A stretch of DNA of 64,000 nucleotides, from NCBI GenBank assembly GCA_973895155.1, contig OZ316898.1, positions 19,851,292 to 19,915,291 of the forward strand. The letters run 5' to 3'. The stretch's first letter is position 1; the number at the start of each line of letters is the position of its first letter. A program made the position numbers and the translations under genes. Below are positions 50,301-64,000 of the stretch, piece by piece. Source of the DNA: Marsupella aquatica. Lineage: Eukaryota > Plantae > Marchantiophyta. Under the pieces are notes generated by a model. That model was not told the DNA's origin. It searched no databases and saw nothing but the letters and a program-made list of their open reading frames with translations.

Positions 50301-53300
50301 TGACTATGTCAAACTGTATATGTGGAAATGAAAGATAGAGCTCGAGTCTTGCTGTCAAGCTATGCAGATCCCTTCAACTACGGTGCAACAAGCAAGTATT
50401 GGTTTTGCCTCGTAGTAGGTCAAACTAAGCTTTTCGGGACTTTGGCTATAGCCAATATGCGCTGAATGGTTTCAAACGAGACTCTTATAATTTCGTATTT
50501 CACCGATTCCGAAGACCAAGTCAGAATTGGATCTTTAGCTAGCAGTGGACGAATTGGTCAGGACTCATTGCCTGATAGGTCTTTGTGATATATTGAATTT
50601 GGAAAGTTTCAGCATGTTTACGGATCTGTGCTACTTAGTCCAACGGAGTAGGCATTTTGTTGTGCATAGAGAAAGTTATGTCACCGATTTGGACCACAAA
50701 AAATAGCTTGTGGCAGTTTCACGTAGGTGGTTGTACTGTTTTGCTTAAGGTAAAATCCAGTCTTGAAAGTCTTATGAGGTACATGGTCAAAGTGTTTGAG
50801 CCAAAGATTTTGTATGTCAAGCTTCTCTAACATTGAAGTTCATTTGTGTCTTGGTGCTCAGCTTTGTTCACTCAGCAACATGAATTCTCTCCAACCGGTT
50901 TATGATCTATGCATAAAAAATAGATCGATTCTCTCCAACCGGTTTATGCATAGATCTAGTTTTATGCATACATCGATTGCAATTGATGAGGAAAGGCAGT
51001 AACGAATATTTTCATACAGGGAATACTGCCAAGACAAAGAAATCTATCTGCCTGATTACTTCCGCGACCCCGTAATTGCAAATCAAAAACTGACAACCAG
51101 ATTAGATATGTGATACTAACTGCTATGCTTCCCAAAACCCCATGTAGTACATGAGAAGTACATTGGTAAGTACATTGATATGAGAGCTTTTTGGAATTTT
51201 TGCTGTTTACTTTTTGATTGAGTATTTTTTCTCCGTCTTTTCCCTTTTCTAAATCATGTTGGAGGGAAGAAATGGGTCGGGCAAGGGAGGTAGTGGGGGC
51301 TGCAGGGAGCGAGAGCAAAAGGTAAGACAGGGAAGGAACGGGGAAAAACAGGAAAAAAAGGAGAAGGAAGAAAAACTCTTCTCCCTCCATATAGCACGGG
51401 GCAACCACGTCTGGATCTCCCGATGGCTTTGCCTAGTTTACATTTATTTTTCTCATCTGCATTTCGTTACCTTCTTATATTTTTTGGTTTAGTCCCGACA
51501 CCTCTGTCTCACCTTGACATCTTTATGTTGCCTATATGCCTTGTGTGCAAATACATGGGCATTGGGCTATCATTCATAACAATGGAGCTACCCATTTGCT
51601 TATGGCCAAAAGCTCTGAGACCGAACGAAACAACTAGAGTATGTAATTTACTTATTTAGTAAAGCGATTGAGATTGAACTGCACCAAAGCGACAAATGCC
51701 GTTGATGGATCCTCATTGCATACGGTGAATAGAGTGCCAAGACAGCAGCTCGGCACTTTGTGGAAGGCAAAGGAGTCATCATTGCCACCAATATTTAGTA
51801 GTTAGAATCGCTTTTTGCTGACTGCCGAGCTTCTGCAACTTACTGGTGGTGCCTCGCCTCTGGTGCAATGGCTCCCTAGAGTAACAAAATTGAGCTGGAA
51901 CGAAGCTGGAATGAAGCCCTTTCTAGGTTCGAGCTCGTCGGAGTCAGTGGGGGAAGGGAATCGAGGGGGATCATTCAGGATTTTGTCCCTTTTCGTAATT
52001 TGAAGAGCTGTGATTCTGACTGACAACTTAAACTAGCTAGTTGAGATCGGATGCGTTACCCAGCCCAAACTAATTTGTTTGCTTCTCTTCCTGAGTGTGC
52101 GCCAGACAACGAAGAAGGTCCATGAGGATTCAGTGAAGGGATCCGCTTCACAAGTGGGAACAAAAACATGCAACTGGCCTCCACTTATTCACCGTCGGGG
52201 GTGATGGCTGTTTAATTGAACATATATATATATCAGCAGTCTGCAGTAGCGTTATCTCGTCGGGAATTGAGTGTAAGTGTGGGCGGTCAATGGGTGGCAA
52301 CTAAACACTTGCTGGAGGTAAATGCCGAGCAGATCCCAGACCCGCAACAGAAAAGTGATGAGAGGTTGTGAGGAGAAAACTTATAGTCCGTGCTCCATCG
52401 CAAGCTTCTATCTGAACTGGATCACGACACAAACAGCTGAATCTCCTGTGTCGACTGCGACTTAATATAGAATTGCAGCCGGGATTGCAGCAGTTACGCG
52501 TATGATTTTGTAGTGCAAAGCTTTGTTCCTGATGACGAGAACAATGGACACAACGGATGTACTCTTAAAATTATGCAGAGTGTATGGCCGGTGAGCTAGT
52601 GTCCTCAGACATAGAGCTTGAGCATACAGATGATCTGATAGGCTGGGTATGATGACAGCAACACATTTTCCAGTTTCCTCGTTGCACTTGTTGTAATACT
52701 AGTCGATGGAATGGAACAGCAAAGGAATAGTAGCGTTCAATTCGGGGCTTTCACCAATGAGTCGTTAATTTCTCGCTACAAACCACTCATTGGTTTCAGC
52801 TGACAAATATTTAATGGCAGTACCACTTATACTTTTCCATCACAACATTGTTAATCGCGGACCACAAGTAGCTCAAACAAGTAGCTGCGGTTAGATGAAA
52901 AAGTTTAGACTATAATTGCGAGAAGAAGTTTTAGTTTAGAGGGTCCTCCTCCCGCCCGCCCTTGCATGACTATCTTTCCGACTCATTCTATTCAGCACTG
53001 TAAGTTCATGGTGTGGTCTATTCGATCTGACTCCACCTTGATGGGTCCCTCAAAGTCAAATGTTTGGTCGCCTTATATGGTGGTCGCGCGCGGATTACAC
53101 AACCTTCTAACTCTGGACGGAAGTCCATGGGAGGACCAAGAACAGAATCACAAGCACGTGAAGAAATGGAAGGACTAGGGGCCCTAATTAGTTGGATCCA
53201 TTCGGATGCCTCCGTGCATAGAATTGATTCGAAAACTGTACCAGGTTATCTCCCCGGATCCTCCTAAAGACAATCACTTTACTAGATTGTGAATTGAATG

Positions 53301-54769
53301 CCGAGGTGAGGGGTGGCGAGGGCCCCACATAAATACACGCCAAGGTAAGAGACGGATCAAATCCATCAAGGTGCACGAAGGCCCAACTGAAAGATAGCGT
53401 ACCAGTAACAAACCAGTCAATCACTAGTACACACGACCGGATATAACGGTGTGAATACCGGAGGAGTGGAACAGACACTAAAGAGATCTACTACAATCAT
53501 GACTAGCACTAAGAAGCGCATAGGCAACTAATCCATGGCATAAGATAGATTACTGTCAACAACTCTTACCATCTAGCTTGCGCTTAACCTATCAATCTCC
53601 ATTGGTACAATCTAGGAGCTTGATAATATCGACAGCAAGATACATTCCGGTTGTTAGTTTAGCGCAGGAGGGTGAGTTTGCAGTTGCGGAGTCAAACGCA
53701 TGCTTACTGTACAGCACATCTTACTCAAACCTAAAAAATTGTTCTAAAAGATTTCACGAGACTAGTTGTCTAATTATAAGATTTCAAATTGGACGATTGC
53801 GTCATCCAGATACTTGGAAGTATTTCGCTGATGCTGCCTCCATCAGTGCTCATGCTTGCACCTTCGATGTCCATCCGACGCAATACTCCATTTTTCAAAA
53901 GTACCGCCATCACTCTGCTACACCTTAAAACTGTGTTGAGATTACAATAAGAAGGACCTCGACAATATCATTGCGTAGCAGTTGAAAAAAATATGGAGCA
54001 GAAGTCTTTACGCGAACTTAACCACGGTACAGGAGTGCTGTGAAAACTAAACAAAGACTCGTATGCTTGTCATACAGAGCTTCAGCGAGATATACGTCGG
54101 AAGAAATTAGCTGACTGAGCGAGACATACGTTGGAAATAATCGGACTGAAGGCGTCTGCTGAAACGCCTGTCTCACTAACGTAGCTTGTAAAAAGAGTTT
54201 CAAGCTGCGGAAGCACGTCTTCCGAACTCAGGCTACGGTAAACTTTGAATTGTTTCCACTAAACATGCCTGCACCGGAACCCACCCGAAATCTGCAAATC
54301 ACCAAATCTTCAAGGTAACAGAGTCTTGCTTTCACGTGTCCAAGGCACGAAAAGCAGAGTGGAGGATGCACCCGAAGTGTTCAAATCTCTAAATCTTTAG
54401 TGCAACAGGGGCTTGCTCGCATGCGTTCGAGAACACGAAAAGCAAAGTGGAAGGCTCTTCTGGTCATCCATTCCCGATTAGCAACTTGAGGACAGCCCTG
54501 AAGTAGCAAACAATTCAAATCTTGCCCAAGATTCTTGGACATCGGCTTCTGTCAGTCAGTTCCCGCTTAAGTACTTCTTCACTCTCCGCGGGACTTTCAG
54601 CAATTGAGGCGTGCTGACAGATTCCAAATGCTCCGTTAAGCTATGGTCAGCTTTACGACGCACTGCATCAGCATCGTCATGATCCTGTGGGTCTCTTTTC
54701 CTCATAGCTGTCACAGAACTGCCCAATTGCTGGACTCTAGGAGAGCTTGTCGATGGCCATCTAGAGTCC

Positions 54770-55737
54770 AGAGGTAGATATTCAGTACAAATTAGGCCGT
54801 GAGGACGTGTATTTCGACCTCAGAGCTCCGTTGCTCTCACAAATTTTCTCATAGTCAAATAAACTCTGCTGGACTTCAAGTTCTAATCTGCCCCGTTTCT
54901 GAGGTCGGCGAATTTCTGTGAGTTTACTCTGCAATGATGCCCACATCCGGCGTCAATAACCTAAGAATCAATCGTCAGAATTCCAGTTCTGTGAACAAGT
55001 TCCAGAACCTGTATAATCTTGAAGGATGGAGTATTCTTAAGAAAAGAGACTAATTGACAAAACAGAGAGACGAAGTCAGGCAATAAGCACCATGGAGCCT
55101 CGCGCAAGGTGACTCAGCTCTAGACCAGAAGGATTGGTAAGGTTGGCTACAACCACTCTCCACCTCGCCAAGTTTCGCCCGACCCCTCGGAGCTTGTTAG
55201 CTCTCACATAAGCCTTCAAAGATTCTAGGAGCTCCAACGTAGTTTCCAAGTTCCATCGATTGAAAGGCCGATTGCTTTTATTATCCCTCGACCTCTCCGG
55301 TCTCGTACTTCTTCGTTCGATCACCGATGCAGACACAGTAGTCGATGGCAGGCCACCTCTTTTACGGTCTCCGCTTTGCTGTCGATTTATTTCCTGCGGC
55401 TGCCTCTTAGCAAAATGTCCAGTGAGTCCTTGCTGCTCAGTCAACAACGAGCTTCTTCAGCTAGAAAGCGTCAATTATTGACGGAGCGAAACCGAGCTCT
55501 TCGAAATTCTCTTTTGCCATGGACAAGCTGTGATGATGTGAGAGTGCATACCTTGTAATCCGGATTGTTTCGGTGAAATTCCCGAAGAGCAGCTTTCCTT
55601 CGGCGTTCCATGTCTACCGGCCATGGATGCCCGTCGTCGTCACTTGCTTCGATCTCCATCAAGTTGAATGTCGAATTTCCCCACTCTGGTGTCTGCCTGC
55701 ACAAATGGCTGCAGTGAATTGCATTCCATGGATGCAA
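54770..55737 (-). pseudogene. Possible degraded Myb/SANT (trihelix-like) protein gene
   Basis: RWNLETTLELL...W..VVANL, and downstream RRMWASLQSKL, resemble trihelix Trp spacing; frames are broken. Confidence 0.3.
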
Positions 55738-57879
55738 CCTCGGATCAACTGTACACCGATTTCTCTACTACTAATTTTGAAGCTATTCATTTTTCGCCAG
55801 GGTGGGCACTGTCAACCTTGCATGAACGAGAAGATGCCAAGAATCTTAGGGTAGGTTCCCACCCACTCTTAGGGATCGTTATTAGACTGAAAGTTAACTA
55901 TCATGAATTATGGAAAGTTGACTATTCCCGATGCGTTCCAACCAGATTTTTGGCCTAAGTTGGTTAGTACTTTCGAGATTAAAAAATCTTTGTCCATTTG
56001 ACGAAGGTGAAAACTATGAGCACTTACCGTAAATTCAATGTGAGTTTACTCGGTGCTCGCTCTTCCGCCTATCCTCCTTTGGTACCCTTCCACAACGGAC
56101 TCCGAGAGAATTGGTACCCCCACCGATGGCCTTCAACAGAGTCGAGACTGAGACTGTAGTGAGGTTCAGACAGCAGGGAGACTGCCGAAGACGTCATTGA
56201 CAAACACTGCACGCTGATGTTCGATTGTGATTTGAGACTACTTCACATGCAGAGCCATGCCGATCCCGGTACCCCCCTACATGGGACGACCATATCTACC
56301 CACTGTTAATCTGCATAGAGAGCGTTGGGGGCGCAAGGAGTGACAAATGACACCTTGGACTCTACATAAAGACCCGCATAAAGAAGTGTAGTAAAATACA
56401 GTGTTATCTAAAATCAGATCTGTTCCCTTTCCTGCAGTTGATAGCACTGGAACTTCGGTCAAAGCTGAAGAGTCGTGCACAGGAAAATGGACATGTGAAG
56501 CTTCTCGCAAATCATGACCTGGCTGATTTGAGGACTGACGAACGCAGCAGGGTTAGAGTCGCCGCTGCAAGGGCAGTCGCAATTTTGAAGAGTCTGTCTC
56601 ATCAAGATGGCACTCCTCCCATTTGCAAACTTCAATCGCTAGTTCAAACGGTTGCCGAACACTAAGCATGCCTACGAAGATCGAATCAGTTTTCATTGGA
56701 GTCAATTCTCGTCTTGGTTCGGAATTCCCCTTCTGCATGTGGTTTGAAGTTGTCCTAGATAGATGTCAATTGCTTGCATTGCTTTGAAAGTTCGTCGTAT
56801 CTACTCAATGAAACACTTTACTCTGAACTCCAATTATGACTCTCTTTCACGTTTACAGGGGTGCCAAGCCAAACAGAAGCTTGAAGCAAATTACTTGAGA
56901 TGGATGGTACGACTTACTGAGCACAGTTGAGGGAAGCCCATTTTGAACCGGCATCCGCTTAAGATCAGCGTCAATTGCACTTGATAGCCCTTCACTTGCT
57001 TGCTTGTTTTGTGTTGAGAGATTTCCAGTAGTCAACTAGAAGACCAAAGAATGAGAACGTAGACGAGGGAAGAAATCCACGATGGCTGCCACGACAAAGA
57101 TAAAGTCTGACGAGGCCAAACTAGGAAATCTAAGGAGCTAGCAGCAACCTGGACTCAAGAGAAAAGTACAGCTCTAGAATTACCACAAACTCTCTCCAGC
57201 TTCTGTGCAATCGAGCTGAAGGCAGGCCTAACTCAGTCGAGAAACAATCACCCACAAAGGAAATGCGTCACTCCAAGCATCGAAACACGAAACACGAAAC
57301 ACGGAGAGGGCAAAAATGAGAACTGTAGATCGGATAACTAAACGCTACCAACATGCTGATAAAAGCCCAAAACCTCAGAAACAACTCCAAGTCAGAAACA
57401 ACACCAAGCCAGACGCGAAACGGTGCTAGGACTGCGAACTCACGACACTTAATGCTCACAAATCTTCTAAAGGCCACACTCAGAACGACACTCCGTGCTC
57501 AACCACACCCAGCACAACTCACGAAGTCTAAAAAGACTGTTCTCTGCACAACACTCCCGCTCGAGTGCTCGACACTCCCCGCCTCGAGGTCGAACGCCAC
57601 CACATCGAATTTACAGGACTTGCACGTGAAATATGTTACTAAAAAGTTATGTGCCAAGAAGTTTGGCACTTGACCATTTAGTTAAGTACTCTCGCACATC
57701 TGCTTTCACTGAGTAGCATTCGTTATTCATTTAAACTATCAACTTTAACTGAGAGCGGGAACCTGCGCCTAGTTATCGTTTTATATAACAGTATTAGTTT
57801 AAAACATAACTTTAGGTGGGAACCCACCCTTACTCATCTAAGTTTGTTGGTTTGAATTTTGTCCCTTAGATCTCCCTTT

Positions 57880-58680
57880 TCTTAAGGATGACCTTTCGAT
57901 AACCTTAGATTCTAGCTAATTCTAGCTAATGGGGTCTGTGGCTAGATGTGAAACTGGTTATGCTGCACAAATGGCTGCAATGAATCTACAGTACAGCGAT
58001 GTGTCTACTGCAGTGCAATTTTGAAGGGTTTCCTTTGTTGCCAGGGTGGGCACTCTCATTTTGCGTGAAGGAGAAGATGCCAAGAATCCTTACTAATCTA
58101 ATTTTGTTAGATTGATTGCTGACCCTTAGATCTCCCTTTAGATCTTCCTTTATTTTAGGACAACCTTTAGATTCTGGCTAATGGGGTCTGTGGCTAGATG
58201 TGAAATGGTTATACTGCACAAATGACTGTAATGAATCTACTGCAGTGTAATTATTTTTGAAGGTTTTCCTTTTTGGCTAGGGTGGGCACTGTCACCTTGA
58301 GTGGAGGAGAAGATGCCAAGAATCTTATTAATTCAATTTTGTTACATTGATTTTTGACCCTTAGATTTCCCATTATTTAAGGATAACCTTTAGATTCGGG
58401 CTAGTGGGGTCTGTGGCTAGATGTGAAACTGGTTATACTGCACAAATGGCTGGGATAAATTCACAGTACAGCGATGTGTCTACTGCAGTGTAATTTTGAA
58501 GGTTTTTCTTTTTCCCCAGGGTGGGCACTATGGCCTTGTGTGAAGGAGAACATGCCAAGAATCTTCTTATTCTAAATTTGTTAGATTGATTTATGACCCT
58601 TAGATCTCCCCAAACTAGGGATAACCTTTAGATTCTGGCCTATAATGGGGTGTTTGGCTAGGTGAGAAACCGGTTACTGG
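57880..58680 (+). repeat. ~225-250-bp tandem array x3 plus a partial copy; same family as 3510-4270 and 55700-55850
   Basis: ggggtctgtggctagatgtgaaa..ggttat at ~57931, 58182, 58406 and 58647; agggtgggcact..gaaggagaagatgccaagaatc in the complete units. Confidence 0.9.
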
Positions 58681-59403
58681 AAGACCAAAAAGCTGGATAT
58701 GTTTGCCAAGTGGCCCAAGGTTTTTCACTGATGTAGGATCTAGTGAATTCTGGCCACTTAAAAGAAGGCTAGTTTTCTGTCAACTGTGTCGAATGTGAGG
58801 CTCCCCGGGAGATACCTAAGTTGAATGCATGTGAAAAATTGAAGGAATGCAATTAGGTATATGTGGTGTAGTGAGGGTTGAGATGCAGTTATGAAAACTG
58901 TGTCTTTGGTTCACTTATAAAGAAATCCCTTCAATACTAGGGGACTACACGACCATCCTGCACATAACCACTGAATGCACTTATCAACAGTGCACTTAGG
59001 CACTGTTGAGACTTTCGATGAAGATGGATTGGCATTGTTTTGCAAGCTATGGTGGGTAGCTAGGTACACAGACAGAACAATTGAGTTTATTTGCATGATG
59101 ATGTCTTTTCAATATATATCACGGTGCCCAAGGGCAAAAAAGCAAAAAAGCCAAACCAGGAGACACGGTCCCAATGGCAACAAAACCCAATAAAGGGGGA
59201 AAAGGAATGAGAAAACTAAGGCCCAGAAAACACAATAGGTCCAACAAGCCAAGGATTCCCCCACAAAAACAATTGAGCAATAATAGACAAAACCAAAGAA
59301 CCTACAAAGAAACCCAGAAGACTTGTTCCCTACTGGGGGGAGTAATGAAAAGCCTGATAGAGCTCCGGAGTAACTAGCTTCAGCTGGAGTACTTACCCTT
59401 CAT

Positions 59404-59568
59404 GGGATGCTTTACTGTCTTGAAAGGCAGATGGTTAGAAGGGCATAATTACAAAGGGGGGATGCTTTACTTTCTTGAAAGGCAGATGGCTAGAAGGGCA
59501 TAATTACAAAGGGGGGATGCTTTACTTTCTTGAAAGGCAGATGGCTAGAAGGGCATAATTACAAAAGC
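59404..59568 (+). repeat. 55-bp tandem repeat x3
   Basis: gatgctttact.tcttgaaaggcagatgg.tagaagggcataattacaaa at 59406, 59461 and 59516. Confidence 0.92.
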
Positions 59569-62500
59569 TTATAATTGTAAGATCAAGCAAATAGTCCGGT
59601 GCACTTTTGATCATTGTTGAACTAGTGGATTGGTTCAGCATTGTTTCCATGGAGTGTGAGTGGCAAATTCTCTCCTTCTCTAGAAATGTACTACTACAAT
59701 TCGATAATAACACCTACTGGACAAAACCCACAGTACAAGAAAGCTGTTGTCCCTTGACACTCCACAACCATGCGAAGGTCCCTCAGGCCTGCAGAGGAAC
59801 TGAGGGAGAGCTATGGCAGCAGTATCTTGCACGATAAGCAGCAGAATTCAGGGCATCAAGGGAGGATAGATGGCGACGGTACTTTGTTTCAGGGACGGAT
59901 CTCATGGCAGATCAGATGTAGAGACACGAAGCTGCCTAGACTCTTTCTCTCTCGAACATTTGTAACATCTTCTCGTTTCCAAATTATTTTGAGCTTGTGG
60001 CAACCTGTTCTCGTGTCCAAATTTGGGCTTGTGGCTCTCGTTTCACTCGTGCCTTTCCCTTCTGACTTCCACACTTGCCACAATTCGTAGTTTTCCCAAC
60101 ACTAAGGCACTTTGCTTCGAGCTTTCTTTACGAGCAGAACTGAGATAACACAATTTAATTTCAGCCCTCGGTGCATTTGTCGGCAATTTCTAATCCCGGA
60201 GCACACTTCCCCACATTATCGATGGCATTTTAAGCTTTAGTCCGACTTTGCTTCGTCGTCACTTGGCTTCAATCCTCACTTTGCTTGGCTAGTTTTTTGA
60301 GGCTTTCCTGCCTTCAGCTGGCCCCACACGTACGTTGGCCTGAAATCGGGAGCTAAGTTATTGCCAAATTATATTGCCCTCATAATCATTCTCTCTGTAT
60401 TGTCTGTGTTATTCAGGCACCGCTGCAGTAGTCCCCAAGCTGATAGGATCTGAAGACTCGACCAACTCTCTTTGACGTCCTACAGAGTCCTTGCAGAGTC
60501 ACAGCTACAGCTGAAATGTAGGACGGAGGGGATAGCAAGAAACAGTGGGAGCATCCACAAAGAATTCACCTTTACTTTACTAATTTCGTCCAGAGACTTG
60601 GCACTTCATCATTGTGTTCACACTAGACTGCTATCAATACTAAATAACATCACAGGGTATGTATACCATGGCTAAAGAGCAAAAAGCGCGCTTATGAATA
60701 GTAAATAACATCACAGGGTACGTATAGCATTGCTAAAGAGCCAAAAGCGCCCAACCGCGATGCAGCCCGCGAGAGAGGATCCCAGAGGGAGGATCCCAAC
60801 AGGGAGTAGAAAACAAGGGAAAACCCCAAAAGCGGAAAAGCGGAAAAGCCCGAGGGTCCTCCCTGCAAATTGCAGATTCACCATTTCGCAACCAATTATT
60901 TGCAAAAGTTTCAGTCATTTTGTGACCTCATCCTGCGGGTCGATCGAAATTTTTCAACCCGTCTTGCACGCAAACTCTTGCTTCACGACAGGGAGGCACC
61001 TAGACACTTAATTAAACTTAGCTGAATGACGGAGGTGACGTTACCAAAGTGGTCGATAGAATATCTAGAGCGACCTGCAAAAGACTGTCGTCCACCGAAT
61101 GTCCCACTGAGTGATTCCGAGGTTGTAGGAAGAGACAGGTTGGTCAGCGAAGGTTGTCTCCATGTTGCCTCCATGCCGACCAGATTTGCCGACCAGAATA
61201 GACTGTTCGGACTGAAGTTAGTGTGCTCTTTCTAATTACCGAAGGCCAAGTTACTAGTCGAAAGAACTATGAAAAATATTCATACTGATGGAGGCAAGTT
61301 CATTTTATGGAACACCCATCAGCCCCTGTAGGTCTTCAAGGTTTGTTGTCTCAGTTCATTACAATATGACGAACGCTGAGTTCCAGCATTTATCACATGT
61401 GAAACTGGTTGTCAGTTATTACGTCGAGCACGAATGGTCAGAAAAGGTAGGGTAGCCAAAGTCGATCGCTCCAAGTTCAGAGTTATTAGAAATCTCAAAC
61501 AAATCACAAGTTGGCCACTATATCAGTGATGACTACTGCAACTTAAATCTTAACCAAGTCCAACGGATCTTAAATGGATCCAACTTCGCCTTTCGTGTTG
61601 AGAAAAATCCAGATAAACAACAACGACGATGACGCAAAACCGCATTGCATTCAACTCGTTTGGTACCTCGTTACTTTTCAATTTGAGGACCAAGCTTTAA
61701 AGTAAATCAAGTCAACATTGCACTGAGTTCGGTCACCAAAACTAGCTTCTGACAGTAGCACGCTTCTTAAGAATAACTCATGAAAATTCTGGAAAGCTCT
61801 CTGGGTGGACAAGATGATTTTCAGCAGAACTCTATCCGGGTCAGAGTCTAAACCCTTCAATCTAAACTACAGTGCCGGCCACTATCAAATGTTCTCCGTG
61901 TTTCAGATAATTTTTCATCTCCCACCTTATGAAATATTTCCACAGAAACGCGGAGTCTTTGCGGGAGTCTGTGCTCTTTCATACATTACAAGAGATGTCC
62001 ATCAAATATGTGAGACTGGACCCTCACAGTGGTGGGGTCACAAGACCATAAAGATCGACATGGCAACTGAAGGTGAACAATAGTGTCCAGGAACGGAACA
62101 GGTGATCAAACGCTCGTTCAATCATTACTTGGGATGCAAATTATGGTACACAGTCACATAAAAATAGGCAATTGCCTACACAACGACCCATAATAATATT
62201 GGCGGATAAGCAGGAACTATTACCAGATACTGGAGTGGGACTGGCGACAAATCCAGGCCAACTCGTCTCAACTGTAGTTGACATATCTGATACTGTCACT
62301 AACTCCACAATGGAGGCGACCGTGAAAGAGGTGCATGCAACTGGAAGTTAGCCCAACTTGAAAGATGGTGACTTCGGTATGACTGTCAGAACCAACAGCA
62401 CGGTCACTTGAATGCTGGCCTTCTGGATGAGGCCTCCTGGTGGACTTAAGAATATGCCACTCAGCTTCTCTCGGTTCATGAAATACGAGGCCATTGATCT

Positions 62501-62588
62501 CTCTCCCATCACCTTCACTCAATCCTGAGTTGACAATGTAAATTTAGTATTGAGGGGGGAACCACTTAATTTACACAGCACCCCCCAA

Positions 62589-63875
62589 TCACCGGGCTTG
62601 AACCCTTCGATGGTCCGACCATGGTATATACTGTTTTAAGACCTGCTCAAGTTTTTCAAAGGTAACTGGCTTTGCAATGAACGAATCCATCCCGTTATTG
62701 TAGCATTCAGCGACGTTCTCAGCCATGGCGTTCGCAGTAAGCTGCACATAATTCGAGAGAGTACAAGGGATTAGTCACGTCATCATTCTCTATTGGAATG
62801 ACTTCTCAGAATCCGTACACGTGGTGGCTCAAGTTTCTCAGCTACGAATCCTGGTTTCAATCATTAAACATCCTCGAACTTTTTCTTTCATTCGTTCTGA
62901 ACAGACATCGCTGAACTGACATCTATATCCTTTCGAAACAGATGAGCATTTTCGTCACAAGCAGCGCATACCGCAATGATTGGAGTTTTTCTCCTGACGG
63001 AGGGTCTCAAAATTGGGTCTGTCCCAGAATGTTGCACTTGCGGGACTGTCTCAGCTACTGTGTCTGAGGAAGATACACTTTGTTCCGCTACAGGTTCTAA
63101 TGAGTTCCTCGCTACACCAGTCTCTTCGAACTTACGAATGAGACGTGTGGCTTCCAGCCCATCCATAACAGGCATTGAAACATCCTGCTCCCATACGACA
63201 AGCACACAACAAACTTAGCCATCTAATGTTAACAACTGCAGCTACGAGCACGTGTAGGTGCGTCTTCGATTGACATGTCAATCAATAGACGTCCAGTACA
63301 GAGCTTGACATAGGCCAACGAGTGATTACATTAAAGAAATTTGAGTACTGGAAGGGGAGAAGCGTAAAGATGTCTCTCGGTGGTTCTTCTAAGCATCTGG
63401 AAGAGTCAGAGTAGGAATCAGTATAGTAAGATACATACCATCAAGACCAGATCGTAGACACTTCTTTGAAGAGCATCCACAGCTTCGGCTCCGTTACTCA
63501 CAACCTCCAGTGAGAGCCCCAACTTCTTCAGCATGGATTGGGCAACCACAACGTTCACATTGTTGTCCTCGGCAAGGAGAATTCTGGGAGACCTACGTGT
63601 GCTTGCTTCAACAAGGGAGGTTGTAGGAGCAGCTGTCTCAATGGCCGACTCGGGTGGAGTTGCAATTTTCAAGCTGTTAGCATGTTTCCTTGGAAGATTT
63701 GGCTTCAGGGAAGCAGCATTTGGAGACCCTACCTTTGGATACCCTCGTCCTGCCTGGGTCACCTCTGACGTTTCCAAGGCAGGAACTCGTGAACTTAAGC
63801 TTACTGTTGGGTCGCTTCTGCCAGACAAAACATTCTCCTCTCCTTTTGGCACCTGTGGGGTACCCTTCCTGTAAC
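62589..63875 (-). CDS. 3' exons (~63875-63439, 63184-62972, 62741-62589) of an AHK5/CKI2-like hybrid histidine kinase (C-terminal receiver domain); gene continues off the right edge
   Basis: Spliced [23 protein letters not shown]...YDLVLM|[23 protein letters not shown]...TPIIA|[31 protein letters not shown]. Receiver D-D-K residues intact; phase-0 GT-AG introns. Confidence 0.9.
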
Positions 63876-64000
63876 CTGTTAACGGAAAGATCAAAGCCCT
63901 CAGTATCCACAAAAGGGCTTGCTAGATTTACCATCCAGGGATGCACAGTCGGGTATTTGATTTCAGTGGCTATGAAATAACTGTCAGACCCACAAAATGA

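Overview
Eukaryotic land-plant nuclear DNA with spliceosomal introns. A non-seed plant such as a bryophyte is my inference, not something the sequence proves. Host genes: the 5' part of a CRSH-like RelA/SpoT homolog (left edge, - strand), plastid ribosomal protein PSRP6 (+), an 8-Cys nsLTP (-), and the 3' end of an AHK5-like hybrid histidine kinase (right edge, -). Between them lie: a full-length but nonsense-riddled Bianca-type Ty1/copia element (8717-15179; 110-bp TG..TA LTRs, TTCAG TSD) inside a tandem segmental duplication that carries LHCB pseudogene fragments; a pair of outward-facing Helitron-like 3' ends (25603-29880); and several tandem arrays. The most notable item is a 12.66-kb TIR DNA transposon (31191-43853; 25-bp TIRs, AAAG TSD) with two divergent genes. 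One is a Sola-like DDD transposase with three N-terminal Tnp1/En-Spm-like repeats and a C-terminal SH3/Tudor-like module. The other is a 5-exon, ~1,705-aa fusion of ParB/Srx-like, beta-class amino-methyltransferase-like, FCP1-type HAD phosphatase and CCCH-like domains. Its two larger introns and the intergenic region hold about 28 copies (some degenerate) of one CpG-rich palindrome (TCGCYC-N3-GAGCGA). This suggests a self-targeting, parS-like or anti-silencing system. This copy is pseudogenised. All domain calls come from motif recognition by eye, with no database searches.
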